Notes: generated from the sequence alone by a model not told the origin. A stretch of 64,000 nt of DNA from an uncultured Planctomycetales bacterium (GCA_964478715.1 CAYZIY010000001.1:73088-137087); one strand, 5' to 3'. Shown: positions 20,240 to 30,720, counted from the first letter of the stretch. A program made the numbers and translations.

Positions 20240-21760
20240 ATGAGCCAGAAATTTTATGTCACAACCCCCATTTATTATGTGAACGACAAGCCCCATATCG
20301 GGCATGCCTACACGACGATTTTAGCGGATGTTTTGGCCCGCTATCACCGGGTTCGGGGCGATAAGGTTTTTTTCTTGACGGGACTGGATGAGCACGGCCA
20401 GAAAGTTCAGCAGGCAGCTTCTAAACGAGGCATGCTTCCTCAAGATCACTGCGATGATCTCGCTCCGCGTTTTCTCAATCTTTGGGAAAAACTCGAAGTA
20501 GACTATGATGATTTTATCCGCACCACGCAAGATAGACATATCAAAACTGTCCAGGATGTGCTTCAAAAAGTTTATCAGGCCGGTGATATTTATCAATCCG
20601 AATACGAGGGATGGTATTCTGTTTCCGAAGAGCGTTTTGTCACCGAGACGGAAAAAGACAGCGGTGAATTTCGCGATATCACGCATCTCAAAGAAAAGAA
20701 TTATTTCTTCAAAATGAGCCGGTATCAAGAGAAACTGATGCGTTATATCGAGACCCATCCGGATTTTATTCGGCCCGAGCACAGGCGTAATGAAATACTC
20801 GGTTTCTTAAAGAAACCCCTGGGGGATTTGTGTATTTCCCGGCCCAAAGTACGGATGAGCTGGGGGATTGAGCTTCCTTTTGATGAGGATTACGTGACAT
20901 ACGTATGGTTTGATGCTTTAATCAATTATATCACGGCCTGCGGATATGCTTCTAAGGATGAGAAATTTCAACAGCTTTGGCCGGCGAATATTCATTTGAT
21001 TGGAAAGGATATCTTGACTACGCATAGCGTTTACTGGTCGACCATGCTGTTTTCGTTGAATCTTCCTCTTCCCCAAGCTATATTTGCCCATGGTTGGTGG
21101 ATGACCGGAAAGACAAAGATGAGTAAATCTTTAGGTAATATCGTTGATCCGCTTGATTTAATCGACCGTTATGGCGTGGATCCGGTCCGTTATTATTTAA
21201 TGCGCGAGATGGTTTTGGGGCAAGATGCTAATTTTACGGTTGAATCTTTTGTCAAACGCTACAACAGTGATTTGGCCAATGATTATGGGAACCTGTTAAA
21301 CCGTGTTAGCGGTCTTTTGGGGAAATATTTTGATCAGTGCATCCCTGAGCAAGGTGATCTTATAGATGAAGACCGTGCTATTGTCAGTGCAGCGGAATCA
21401 TTGTCTCAAAAGGTTCAGCAACTGATTGAAGATATGAAAATTCATGAGGCTTTAAGAGAAACGATGGATGTGGTCCGTTTAGTCAATAAATATCTCGAAG
21501 CGCAAGCGCCCTGGAGAGTGGTCAAAAGCGATTCTAATCGATGCGGAACCATTCTTTATGTGGCCGCCGAGACCTTGCGGATAGCGACTTTGATGCTTTC
21601 AGCGGTCATGCCGCTTAAGACACAGGAAATCTTATCTATTCTTAAGTGCCAAGACTGTTCTTCCCAATGGGGAGGGCTCCAGTCGGGAGAAGAAATCGAA
21701 CGCCATGACGCTCTTTTTCCCCGCATCGAAATTGAGAAAAATTCAACAGGTACTGCATGA
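20240..21760 (+). CDS. metG: Methionine--tRNA ligase (short form)
   Basis: HIGH (PHIGHAYT), KMSKS (KMSKSLGN) and a Zn knuckle absent or short; 506 aa. Confidence 0.9.
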   Translation: MSQKFYVTTPIYYVNDKPHIGHAYTTILADVLARYHRVRGDKVFFLTGLDEHGQKVQQAASKRGMLPQDHCDDLAPRFLNLWEKLEVDYDDFIRTTQDRHIKTVQDVLQKVYQAGDIYQSEYEGWYSVSEERFVTETEKDSGEFRDITHLKEKNYFFKMSRYQEKLMRYIETHPDFIRPEHRRNEILGFLKKPLGDLCISRPKVRMSWGIELPFDEDYVTYVWFDALINYITACGYASKDEKFQQLWPANIHLIGKDILTTHSVYWSTMLFSLNLPLPQAIFAHGWWMTGKTKMSKSLGNIVDPLDLIDRYGVDPVRYYLMREMVLGQDANFTVESFVKRYNSDLANDYGNLLNRVSGLLGKYFDQCIPEQGDLIDEDRAIVSAAESLSQKVQQLIEDMKIHEALRETMDVVRLVNKYLEAQAPWRVVKSDSNRCGTILYVAAETLRIATLMLSAVMPLKTQEILSILKCQDCSSQWGGLQSGEEIERHDALFPRIEIEKNSTGTA

Positions 21761-22815
21761 CGATTAAAACGGTTACCTACGCAAAGAATCGAATCCGGCT
21801 TATTGATCAACGTCTGCTGCCGCAAAAATTGAAGTATCTTTATTGCCGGAATCTACCTTCGGTCTGGAAAGCGATCCGGGCTATGGCGGTTCGCGGGGCT
21901 CCGGCTATTGGAGTGACCGCAGCTTACGGCGTTGTTTTAGGAATGAAAAGTTATCGCGGTAAAACCAAGGCCTCTTTCTCAAGACAATTAGACCGTGTTT
22001 GCGATTACTTGGCTTCTTCTCGGCCGACAGCCGTTAATCTTTTTAACGCCCTTGATCGAATGCAAAATGCTGTTAAAGAAAAGAAAGATATCTCAGTTTC
22101 TCAATGTCAAATGTTGTTAAAAAAGGAAGCAGACGCAATTTTGAGAGAAGATTGCGCTATGAATCGGCGTATGGGCGACCATGGAGCGCGCTTGATTAAA
22201 AATAATATGCGGGCATTAACAATTTGCAATGCCGGAGCTCTTGCTACCGTCGATTACGGAACAGCGCTTGGCGTTTTTTACAGCGCCAAAAGCAACAAAA
22301 AGAAATTCAAAGTTTACTCTTGTGAAACACGGCCCAGACTTCAGGGAGCCAGGCTGACGGCTTGGGAACTCCTTAAGTCTAAGATTGATGTAACTCTTAT
22401 ATGCGACAGTATGGCTGCGACACTTATGAAGCAAGGCTTGATTGATATTATTTTCACCGGGGCCGATCGCGTTGCTCTTAACGGCGATGCGGCAAACAAA
22501 ATAGGAACCTATAGCCTTGCCGTTGCTGCCCGTTACCATAAGATTCCTTTCTACGTTGTGACTCCTTTATCTACATTTGATCAAAAGCTAAAAACCGGAA
22601 AACAGATTCCGATCGAACAAAGAGACGAGAGGGAAGTTACGACAGTTCTGGGGCAAAGAATTGCGCCCCAAGGCATTAAAGTAACAAATCCGGCTTTTGA
22701 TGTCACGGATTATAAACTGATTACCGCTCTTGTCACAGAATATGGCCTGATCAAGCCCCCTTACAAAAGGAATATAGAAAATGCCATTAACCGTTACAGG
22801 AAAGAGCGACGTTAA
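21757..22815 (+). CDS. mtnA: S-methyl-5-thioribose-1-phosphate isomerase (eIF-2B alpha/beta/delta family)
   Basis: 352 aa; MAVRGAPAIGVTAAYG signature. Confidence 0.7.
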   Translation: MTIKTVTYAKNRIRLIDQRLLPQKLKYLYCRNLPSVWKAIRAMAVRGAPAIGVTAAYGVVLGMKSYRGKTKASFSRQLDRVCDYLASSRPTAVNLFNALDRMQNAVKEKKDISVSQCQMLLKKEADAILREDCAMNRRMGDHGARLIKNNMRALTICNAGALATVDYGTALGVFYSAKSNKKKFKVYSCETRPRLQGARLTAWELLKSKIDVTLICDSMAATLMKQGLIDIIFTGADRVALNGDAANKIGTYSLAVAARYHKIPFYVVTPLSTFDQKLKTGKQIPIEQRDEREVTTVLGQRIAPQGIKVTNPAFDVTDYKLITALVTEYGLIKPPYKRNIENAINRYRKERR

Positions 22816-23710
22816 GCTTTCGGATCTTGGCGAGCAGGGCCTTATTCAATCCCTCTCGAAGATGATTCCTTGCTCAAAAAATATTCCTTTGGGGATTGGT
22901 GATGATACGGCTGTTTTGCCGTTTTTCAAAGATCGCTATCTTCTTGTGACAACAGACATGCTTCTTGAAGACGAGCATTTTAGAGAAAATGACGATCCTA
23001 AACTCATTGGCCATAAAGCCTTGGCGTGTAATTTAAGCGATATTGCCGCGATGGGCGGAGAACCCAAATGGGCGGTCGTTTCCATCGGTGTTGATTGCAT
23101 ATGGCAGACGAAGAAAATTCATGATGTTTATCGAGGCATGAAGACTTTGGCCCGGAAATTTTGCATTGACTTTGTTGGTGGCGATACTATTCGAAGCGAA
23201 CGGTTAATTATTAATGTCGCTGTGATGGGAACTGTCAAGAAAAACCAATGTGTATTAAGGTCCACAGCCAAGCATGCCGACCATCTTTTTGTGACGGGTC
23301 CTTTGGGCGGAGCCATTCGTTCGGGAAAACATCTAAATTTTACGCCTCGCCTCAAGGAAGCAAAGTATTTGGTGGAGCATTTTCGACCAAGTGCGATGAT
23401 TGATATTTCCGACGGACTTCTAACAGATTGTGGTCATATGGCCACACAATCAAAATTGGGCGCTATTATTTTTGAAGATTTCATTCCCCTCAATCGAAAC
23501 AGCACCATGACTCAAGCCTTGCGGGAGGGCGAAGACTACGAGCTTCTCTTTGCAATGAATCCGCAACGGGCTCTATTATTGCAGCGTGCCAAAAAACCTT
23601 TTCGATTCTATCCTATTGGCGTGATGACCAAGTATTTAAAAGGGATCAATTTTTATCAAAGAGACGGCTGTCTTCATCGCATTAAAGACAAAGCCTTTTC
23701 CCACTTTTAA
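22781..23710 (+). CDS. thiL: Thiamine-monophosphate kinase (AIR-synthase-related)
   Basis: 309 aa with a PurM-like fold and the IGDDTAVL motif; thiL-tsaE adjacency is common. Confidence 0.6.
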   Translation: MPLTVTGKSDVKLSDLGEQGLIQSLSKMIPCSKNIPLGIGDDTAVLPFFKDRYLLVTTDMLLEDEHFRENDDPKLIGHKALACNLSDIAAMGGEPKWAVVSIGVDCIWQTKKIHDVYRGMKTLARKFCIDFVGGDTIRSERLIINVAVMGTVKKNQCVLRSTAKHADHLFVTGPLGGAIRSGKHLNFTPRLKEAKYLVEHFRPSAMIDISDGLLTDCGHMATQSKLGAIIFEDFIPLNRNSTMTQALREGEDYELLFAMNPQRALLLQRAKKPFRFYPIGVMTKYLKGINFYQRDGCLHRIKDKAFSHF

Positions 23711-24174
23711 TGAAGACCACTGCCTATTCTCTTAATCAGGAAAAAGATACCATTCACTTAGGCAAAAAGCTGGCTCGATGTTTGTCGCCCGGCGATATTA
23801 TTTGTCTGTTTGGAGACCTGGGCAGCGGCAAGACAACATTCACAAAAGGGATTGCGTGCGGTCTGAAAATAAAAAATGAAGAAATCCACAGTCCCACGTT
23901 TATTCTCTTGAGGATTCACAAAGGAGCCAAGCCGCTTTATCACTTCGATTTATATCGGATGGAGAAGCGAGAAGAACTTCTGCAGATCGGGTATGAGGAA
24001 TTTCTTTTTGCTGATGGTATTTCGGTGATTGAATGGGCCGACAAGATGGGTTCTTGGCTTCCGGAAGAATATCTTGGAGTTTACCTTTCGTTTACGAAAG
24101 ATCGGAAGAGGTGGTTAAGATTTAAGCCGCAAGGTGGGCGTGCCAAAAGAATCATGGAGAAAATGAAAGCATGA
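23710..24174 (+). CDS. tsaE: tRNA threonylcarbamoyladenosine biosynthesis protein TsaE
   Basis: 154 aa; P-loop GDLGSGKTTF. Confidence 0.8.
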   Translation: MKTTAYSLNQEKDTIHLGKKLARCLSPGDIICLFGDLGSGKTTFTKGIACGLKIKNEEIHSPTFILLRIHKGAKPLYHFDLYRMEKREELLQIGYEEFLFADGISVIEWADKMGSWLPEEYLGVYLSFTKDRKRWLRFKPQGGRAKRIMEKMKA

Positions 24175-24860
24175 ATCTTCTGGCCATCGAAACCTCAACC
24201 AGAAACTATTCAATTGCTGTTTCAGCAGAAAACCGCCTGGTTGCATCGACCGTTATTCATTCGGCTCAAGTATTATCGGATACGATCATCGAATCGATTG
24301 ATCAAACTCTAAAAAAAGCAAGAGTACCTTTAAAAAATATCAACGGATTTATTGTCGGCCTTGGACCCGGTTCGTTCACGAGTCTGCGGGTTGGTTTATC
24401 GACAATTAAGGGTTTTGCCTATGCAACAAAAAATCCGGTTGTTGGAATCGGTAGCCTGGATCTTCTGTCCAAGCAGGTGCAAAAATCACAAGCGACCTCT
24501 ATTTGCGCTTTAATGGATGCCAAAAGAAAACTTTTTTACAGTTGCTTTTATGATACAAAAAGCGGACAATTAAAAAAAAGAGCGTCATATGCGCTGCTTA
24601 AAAGCGAGGATGTTCTTGCGCATGTAAAAGATGATACCGTATTTATTGGCGACGGCATTAATCTTATCGAAACGCAAATTAAGGAATGGGGGCGCAAGAA
24701 ACGGTTAAAAATATCATTTGCGCCTAAGAAAAAATGGACTCCCCATGCGGAAACGAGTCTTTTAATGGCCTTGGAATATTTTCAAAAGAAGAAGTTTTTA
24801 CCCCTCAACAAGTTGAATCCGATTTATCTATATCCGGATGACTGTCAAATAAGCAAATAG
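24171..24860 (+). CDS. tsaB: tRNA threonylcarbamoyladenosine biosynthesis protein TsaB
   Basis: 229 aa; inactive Kae1/YeaZ-like ASKHA fold (LAIETST). Confidence 0.75.
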   Translation: MNLLAIETSTRNYSIAVSAENRLVASTVIHSAQVLSDTIIESIDQTLKKARVPLKNINGFIVGLGPGSFTSLRVGLSTIKGFAYATKNPVVGIGSLDLLSKQVQKSQATSICALMDAKRKLFYSCFYDTKSGQLKKRASYALLKSEDVLAHVKDDTVFIGDGINLIETQIKEWGRKKRLKISFAPKKKWTPHAETSLLMALEYFQKKKFLPLNKLNPIYLYPDDCQISK

Positions 24861-24861
24861 A

Positions 24862-25995
24862 ATGCGAAAATCATTCAAAAAAAAGATTTACCGTCCCACT
24901 TGGGTTGAGATTGACCTAAAAGCGATCGCTTATAATTTCAAAAGTCTCAAAGAAAAAGGTGCTCCCCGAACAGAAATCCTTGCCGTTGTCAAAGACAATG
25001 CCTATGGTCACGGCATGGTTGAGGTGGCTAAGACCGTTGTATTCCGGGGCGCGGAGATGCTCGGTGTTTCCAGCTTAGAAGAAGGCATTCTTCTTCGTCA
25101 GAATAAAATCAGGATTCCTATTCTTGTTTTTGGAAATGTTTTAGATCAAGATGCCAAGGTTTTTCTTGATTATCGCTTAACACCAACGGTTTATACGCAT
25201 CATTTTGCCCAAGCATTAGATCAGGCAGCCTGTTGCAGAAAACAAAAACTTCCTGTTCATGTTCTCATAGATACCGGCATGGGGCGTTTGGGCGTGTGGC
25301 ATAAAGAGGCTCCCTTATTTATCTGTGCGGTCAGCGGAATGAAGAGTTTGCGCTTGCAGGGTCTTTTCACGCATTTCCCTTGCGCGGATACCAATAGGCG
25401 ATTTACGGAAAATCAAGTTCAGTTATTTGAAAATCTCATCCAAGAAATGCAAAGCCAGGGGATTAAATTTCAGTATGTTCATGCCGATAACAGTATGGGC
25501 TTAGCTTGTTATCCGCGCATTTTCAATCTGGCCCGTCCGGGGTTAATGCTCTATGGTTTATATCCTGATTTAAAGAATCGCTCAAAAATAAAGCTCCGGC
25601 CTGCCATGAGCGTTAAATCAAAGATCACTTTTCTTAAGACAGTTGAAAAGGGCAGAGGATTATCTTATGGACATACCTTTTACGCCAAGAGAAAAACGAA
25701 AGTCGCTACCATTCCGATTGGTTACAGCGATGGGTACTTAAGAGTTTTCTCCAACAATGCCGATGTTTTGGTAGGCGGGAAGCGATGTCCTTTGGTGGGC
25801 CGGGTAACCATGGATCAGATTCTCTGCGATGTTTCCCGAGTTCCCTCTGTTCGCGAAGGCGATGAAGCTGTTTTTTGTGGACGTCAAAAAAAACAACAAA
25901 TCAGCGCTGACGATTTGGCAAAGAGAGCGAAAACCATCCATTACGAAATCGTCTGCCTCTTGGGCAGTCGCCTCCCTCATTTCTTCAGAAAATAA
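24862..25995 (+). CDS. alr: Alanine racemase
   Basis: 377 aa; PLP-lysine motif VVKDNAYGHG, a TIM barrel plus a C-terminal beta domain. Confidence 0.85.
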   Translation: MRKSFKKKIYRPTWVEIDLKAIAYNFKSLKEKGAPRTEILAVVKDNAYGHGMVEVAKTVVFRGAEMLGVSSLEEGILLRQNKIRIPILVFGNVLDQDAKVFLDYRLTPTVYTHHFAQALDQAACCRKQKLPVHVLIDTGMGRLGVWHKEAPLFICAVSGMKSLRLQGLFTHFPCADTNRRFTENQVQLFENLIQEMQSQGIKFQYVHADNSMGLACYPRIFNLARPGLMLYGLYPDLKNRSKIKLRPAMSVKSKITFLKTVEKGRGLSYGHTFYAKRKTKVATIPIGYSDGYLRVFSNNADVLVGGKRCPLVGRVTMDQILCDVSRVPSVREGDEAVFCGRQKKQQISADDLAKRAKTIHYEIVCLLGSRLPHFFRK

Positions 25996-26009
25996 TCAGT
26001 CGGGTGAAG

Positions 26010-27119
26010 TTAGAAATATCGTTTTTGGATTAGGTAGATAGAGGCTGATAGAAAGATGGCGGGAGCCAGCCATGCGGAGACAAACGGATCAATGGCGCCG
26101 CCTTTGCCCAAAGCCAGGGAGACGGCTTCCAGGACATAATACGAGAAACCGATCAAAATAGCGATTCCAATCGATGTAAAGGTTGCGGCATGCCTGCGAT
26201 CGGTCATCAAGACAAGCGGCAGGCCAAGCAGGATGATGATGATATTGCGAAACGGGAAAGCCATTTTCTGATAGAGATCCACCTTGAGATTGCTCAAGGC
26301 CTTAAAAGCCCCGCTTTCTGAGAACCGATCAATATAGTCGGATAGTTCCGCGATATTCATCGATGTGACATTTAGCCTTTGTTTGAGGAAATCTTTCGGT
26401 GTTTCCTGAATCTCCATGATTTTTTCTTCATGGTATTGCGCCTCTTCTGTTAAAATTCCATCGACGATATGAAAACGTGTAGTATAGACCTGGAAAAACT
26501 TCCAGGCCGATCCGGTCCATTCTCCTCGCAGAGCGATGATTTTTTCACGTACGCGCTGCAAATCATCCTGTCCGGTGATATTAATCCCCTTTAGTTCATA
26601 GGTATCAGGATCAAATGAATCGATGAAAAAAAGCCGATTATTGAGTCCGTAGAATGTCAGGTTGCGGATTTTGGCGTGTTTCTTTCGTTCGCTGTCGACT
26701 TCAAGGATAATATTTTCATTGCGGATATTCTCGGAATTCACCGTGGCCTGAGGGACGAATTTCTCATTCACCAAAAATGCCAGGATGGAAACGATGATCC
26801 CCAAAAAAAGAGCCGGTTTAGTCATTTTCCAGAAATTCAGCCCGCTGGAACGAAGCGCGACAATTTCATTATTGCTGTTGAGTTTGCTGTAGGTGAGCAA
26901 GACCGCCAGAAGACAGGCGATCGGAGAGGTGTGGATAAAAATAATCGGAAAGAAGCTGGAGTAATAAGAAGCCAAGACGGGACCAGGGACCTGGCGGTTG
27001 ATAATTTCATTTAAATTGCTGGCCAGATCGATCAGGATATACAAAAAACAAAATACCAAAATGGTGACAACAAAAATGGTGATAATGGAAGAAGAAATAT
27101 ATTTGTCTAAGATGCGCAT
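26010..27119 (-). CDS. lptG: LPS export permease LptG (YjgP/YjgQ family)
   Basis: 369 aa with 6 TM helices and a periplasmic beta-jellyroll loop; paired with the adjacent paralog. Confidence 0.7.
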   Translation of the reverse strand: MRILDKYISSSIITIFVVTILVFCFLYILIDLASNLNEIINRQVPGPVLASYYSSFFPIIFIHTSPIACLLAVLLTYSKLNSNNEIVALRSSGLNFWKMTKPALFLGIIVSILAFLVNEKFVPQATVNSENIRNENIILEVDSERKKHAKIRNLTFYGLNNRLFFIDSFDPDTYELKGINITGQDDLQRVREKIIALRGEWTGSAWKFFQVYTTRFHIVDGILTEEAQYHEEKIMEIQETPKDFLKQRLNVTSMNIAELSDYIDRFSESGAFKALSNLKVDLYQKMAFPFRNIIIILLGLPLVLMTDRRHAATFTSIGIAILIGFSYYVLEAVSLALGKGGAIDPFVSAWLAPAIFLSASIYLIQKRYF

Positions 27120-28201
27120 AAGCGAATATTAAGAATGGTGGCAATGATAAGCCCCAGAATATTAGGAAACCACATGGTGATACCAGCAGGAGTGAGCCCC
27201 TGGACACTTAAGGCCTCGGCGCCCAAAGACATCAGATAATAAATAGCCGCACAAAGAATCGCTAAAATAACATTAGCCGATTTCTCTCTGCGGTGGGTGA
27301 TCACGGCGATCGGAAAACCCAGCAAAATAAAAATCAGTACCGAGAAAGACCAGGAGACTTTTCGGTGGTATTCCGTAATCAGAGGAGCGGCATCCACACC
27401 CATTTTCTCCAGTTTCTTTATCTTTTCTTCCAGCTCACTCAAAGACATTCCTTTAGGTTTTTTGTCGACTTTACTGTCTGGGTCTTGGGAGAGATCCAGA
27501 GTCATAAACATCGTGTTGAAATGCAGTTTATAAAAACTGTCCGGATCGTCGAAATTAGGCTCATCTGAAGTGCCGTTGATTAATTTCAACTTGATTTTAT
27601 TTTCACCGGGCACCGGCGAAAATTCTCCTTCATTGGCGATGATCGTTCGTGTCGGCTTGTCGTCAGGCTGGGGCTGGTAAATTCGGATATTGTACATGCG
27701 CCTGTTTTCAATACGGTAAATAAAGATAATTTGTCCTTTAAAGGCATTGATGAAACTCCCGGCTTCCAGGACGGCCACCGGATTTTTGGCGCCCAGTGTC
27801 TTGAGAATCTTTCTCTGCTGATGATGCGAGTAGGGAATGATGCGCTCATTAAGGACTACGCAAAAGAGGCTGAGAGTCAGGCCGGCCACAAAAAGAGGAA
27901 AAAGAATACGGCGCAGATGAATGCCGCTAGCGCGCATCGCCAGGATTTCATTATCATTAGAGAGACGCGAAAAAGCCAGGATGACGGTAGTGATGCAGGC
28001 GATCGGAAGCGTGTATCCCAACAAAAGAGGGATATAAAAGAGAAAGACCTGGCCTACCGTCAAAAGAGCCACGCCTTTATTGATCACCATATTAGCTAAG
28101 CGGATCAAGTTGCCCAGAAGAAAAACGCAGGTCAGAATACCCAAGGAAAGGAAAAAGGGCAGGACGCATTCATTAAGGACATAAGATCTTAATATTCTCA
28201 T
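27107..28201 (-). CDS. lptF: LPS export permease LptF (YjgP/YjgQ family)
   Basis: 364 aa paralog immediately upstream (minus strand) of lptG. Confidence 0.7.
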   Translation of the reverse strand: MRILRSYVLNECVLPFFLSLGILTCVFLLGNLIRLANMVINKGVALLTVGQVFLFYIPLLLGYTLPIACITTVILAFSRLSNDNEILAMRASGIHLRRILFPLFVAGLTLSLFCVVLNERIIPYSHHQQRKILKTLGAKNPVAVLEAGSFINAFKGQIIFIYRIENRRMYNIRIYQPQPDDKPTRTIIANEGEFSPVPGENKIKLKLINGTSDEPNFDDPDSFYKLHFNTMFMTLDLSQDPDSKVDKKPKGMSLSELEEKIKKLEKMGVDAAPLITEYHRKVSWSFSVLIFILLGFPIAVITHRREKSANVILAILCAAIYYLMSLGAEALSVQGLTPAGITMWFPNILGLIIATILNIRLCAS

Positions 28202-28207
28202 GGAAGT

Positions 28208-28972
28208 TTATTGAGTGATGGATAAAGCCAAAACCTCAACATTTCTGGCGCCGCTTTCTTTCAAGATTCTGGCGATTTCAGATGTTGTTGCTCCTGTTGT
28301 GAATAGATCATCGCAGATAAGGATGTTTTTGTTTTCGAATTCTTGAGGATATTTTATTGTAAAGGCTCCGGAAATGTTTGTCCAGCGCTGCTTTTGGTTT
28401 AAAAGCGCCTGGCTTGGGGTATGCCGGTTTCGCAGCAAATTCTTCAAAGAAACATTTTTATTCAGTTGGGCTGCCAATCTTTCTGCGATAAGCTGAGTCT
28501 GATTGTAACCCCGTTCTCTTTGGCGGGTCGGATGGAGGGGAACAGGAACAAGGAGATCAAACCGTTTAAAATCAATCTGGTTCTTAGAGGAGAAGCGCAT
28601 AATCCAGTCTGCGAAGGTGAGTCTCAGGGAAGTTTTATTATGGTACTTAAACAAATGAATCAGGCGTTTCGTTAGGCCATTATAAAGCGTAGCGGCCCAA
28701 ACCTGATCGAACCAATAGGATGACTGGCGGCAAGTCGGGCAAATCTTACCCGAATGATTTTGATTAAAAGGCCGGGAGCAAAGCGTGCAAAAAGGAGGCT
28801 TGTTCCATTCAATGGCCTGTTGACACAAAGAGCATAAGAATTGATTCCGATCCTGACCCCAGAGGGGAGCTTTGCAGGCAATACAATGCCGTGGATAAAT
28901 CAGATCGCAGAGACCCTGAAAAAAATGACGCCACATAGGCGCTAGTTTAACATCATCAAGATAGGGTGTCAA
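28208..28972 (-). CDS. comF: ComF-family protein (double zinc ribbon plus phosphoribosyltransferase)
   Basis: N-terminal CxxC pairs and a C-terminal PRTase motif (ILICDDLFTTGAT). Confidence 0.7.
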   Translation of the reverse strand: MTPYLDDVKLAPMWRHFFQGLCDLIYPRHCIACKAPLWGQDRNQFLCSLCQQAIEWNKPPFCTLCSRPFNQNHSGKICPTCRQSSYWFDQVWAATLYNGLTKRLIHLFKYHNKTSLRLTFADWIMRFSSKNQIDFKRFDLLVPVPLHPTRQRERGYNQTQLIAERLAAQLNKNVSLKNLLRNRHTPSQALLNQKQRWTNISGAFTIKYPQEFENKNILICDDLFTTGATTSEIARILKESGARNVEVLALSITQ

Positions 28973-29047
28973 TTTTCTTCTTTTTGCGCAGGATTCTCTG
29001 CGGATAATATAGAGCTGATTTCCTTTAAAGAACTCCTGTAAATCAAC

Positions 29048-29076
29048 TTGCGGCTTTGATCAATCCAGCGTATAAT
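29048..29076 (+). promoter_or_regulatory. Putative sigma70 promoter for olsB
   Basis: TTGCGG - 17 nt - TATAAT, about 48 nt upstream of the ATG at 29124. Confidence 0.3.
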
Positions 29077-29123
29077 ATTTTTCAAATCAAGGCAGAATTA
29101 TTGAATATGAATAAAATACTCGT

Positions 29124-29900
29124 ATGAATAAATTTTCCCTTAAGCTGACCAAAGATCCGCAGGAAATTCGTCAAGCCCAGAAATTGCGATATGAAGTTTT
29201 TAATCGGGAAATGCGGGCTGGTTTTAACTCGAGTCATATTAACGAAATCGATGTTGATGAATTTGACAACGTTTGCGACCATGTGATTATCATCGACAAT
29301 CAGACAAAGCAAATCATCGGAACCTATCGTCTTTTACTCGATGACGTAGCCAATCAGAATCAGGGATTCTATTCTCAAAAGCATTTTGATCTTTCACAGG
29401 TGAAAACTTTAAAGGGGGGGCAGTTGCTGGAGGTTGGGCGATCCTGCATTCACCAGAATTATCGCAAGAGATCGGTTTTAACCAAGCTCTGGCAGGGTAT
29501 CGCGCAGTATGCGAATCAGCATCAGGTGCGATATATTTTTGGTTGCATATCCGTTTTTGAAGAGGATCTTGAGGCCATCAGTCAATTTTATGGCGCTCTT
29601 AAAGCTTTGGGGCACCTTGGATCGCTTGACGTATCCTCGATCGATCCGCTGCGCTCTGTGAATATTATCCCCGGTGTCGAAATTACTGATCCTAAGGCCA
29701 TCATCGAACAGTTACCGGTTTTATTCAAAGGGTATTTGAGTATCGGAATTAAAGTTTGCGGAATGCCGGTTGCAAATCCTCTTTTTCGGTCGATAGTTTT
29801 CTTTGTCCTGTTAGATATAGAAGATATGAATTTCTGGTTCAGAGAGCGTTTTTTTAAACGGACAAATAGACAGTCCGGTGAGCAAAATGCGTGTAATTAA
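29124..29900 (+). CDS. olsB: GNAT-fold N-acyltransferase, OlsB-like (lyso-ornithine lipid synthesis)
   Basis: 258 aa; OlsB/hemolysin-like GNAT family (RYEVFNREM...). Immediately followed by a PlsC-type acyltransferase, the canonical olsBA pair. Confidence 0.55.
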   Translation: MNKFSLKLTKDPQEIRQAQKLRYEVFNREMRAGFNSSHINEIDVDEFDNVCDHVIIIDNQTKQIIGTYRLLLDDVANQNQGFYSQKHFDLSQVKTLKGGQLLEVGRSCIHQNYRKRSVLTKLWQGIAQYANQHQVRYIFGCISVFEEDLEAISQFYGALKALGHLGSLDVSSIDPLRSVNIIPGVEITDPKAIIEQLPVLFKGYLSIGIKVCGMPVANPLFRSIVFFVLLDIEDMNFWFRERFFKRTNRQSGEQNACN

Positions 29901-30720
29901 ATTTTTTCTTATCGGCCTGATTTTTTTAGTTTTTATTTGTTGGGCGGCAACCATTCAATTTCTGTGCCTGCTTACCGGCAAGGCATCTCGCATGAAAGCG
30001 GCGGCCTGGAACACGCATTGGTTGATCAACGTGCTTTGCCAAATCGTGGGCTTAAAAATTTCCATCGAAGGTGAAAAACAGTTTTTTGCACAGAGAGGTT
30101 TTTTTATTATCTGCCCGCATGTCAGCTATCTGGACGGATTGATTCTTGGCAGTTGTTTTCCCGGGATTTTTGTTTCCAAAAAGGAAGTGCAGGACTGGCC
30201 GGTGATCGGTCTGGTTGTGGCACTTTCCCAGACCGTATTCATCAATCGACAGAGAAGAAATCAGACGCCGGAATCACTTAAGAAAATCATCCAGGCACTT
30301 AAAAATAGGATCAATATTTTCAGTTTTCCGGAAGGAACTTCCACTAATGGAGAACAATTGCGTACTTTTCAAAGCGTATTTTTTCAGGCTCCCCTAGAGA
30401 GTGGATCGCCGATTCTTCCGGTGAATATTCATTATGAATCCGTTGATTCGGTATCTTTAAAACAATTCAGCCGGGATGAAATTTACTGGTACGGCGATAT
30501 GCCGTTTTTTTCTCATCTGTGGAATATTTTGAAGTTTGGTGAAATAAAGGCACGTGTAAAAATTCATCCTCCTATTTTTCCGGAAATATACCGGTCTACA
30601 GCCGGTCGCAAAGAACTGGCAAAAATCTGCCGGGATTTATTGATAGAGGATACGGATCACTTAAAGACACAAGTGGATCAAGAAATCAACGCTCAGCTGG
30701 AATCCCGCAACCGTGTATGA
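29878..30720 (+). CDS. olsA: Lysophospholipid acyltransferase (PlsC family), OlsA-like
   Basis: N-terminal TM helix, HX4D motif (HVSYLD) and FPEGTST motif. Confidence 0.6.
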   Translation: MSKMRVIKFFLIGLIFLVFICWAATIQFLCLLTGKASRMKAAAWNTHWLINVLCQIVGLKISIEGEKQFFAQRGFFIICPHVSYLDGLILGSCFPGIFVSKKEVQDWPVIGLVVALSQTVFINRQRRNQTPESLKKIIQALKNRINIFSFPEGTSTNGEQLRTFQSVFFQAPLESGSPILPVNIHYESVDSVSLKQFSRDEIYWYGDMPFFSHLWNILKFGEIKARVKIHPPIFPEIYRSTAGRKELAKICRDLLIEDTDHLKTQVDQEINAQLESRNRV

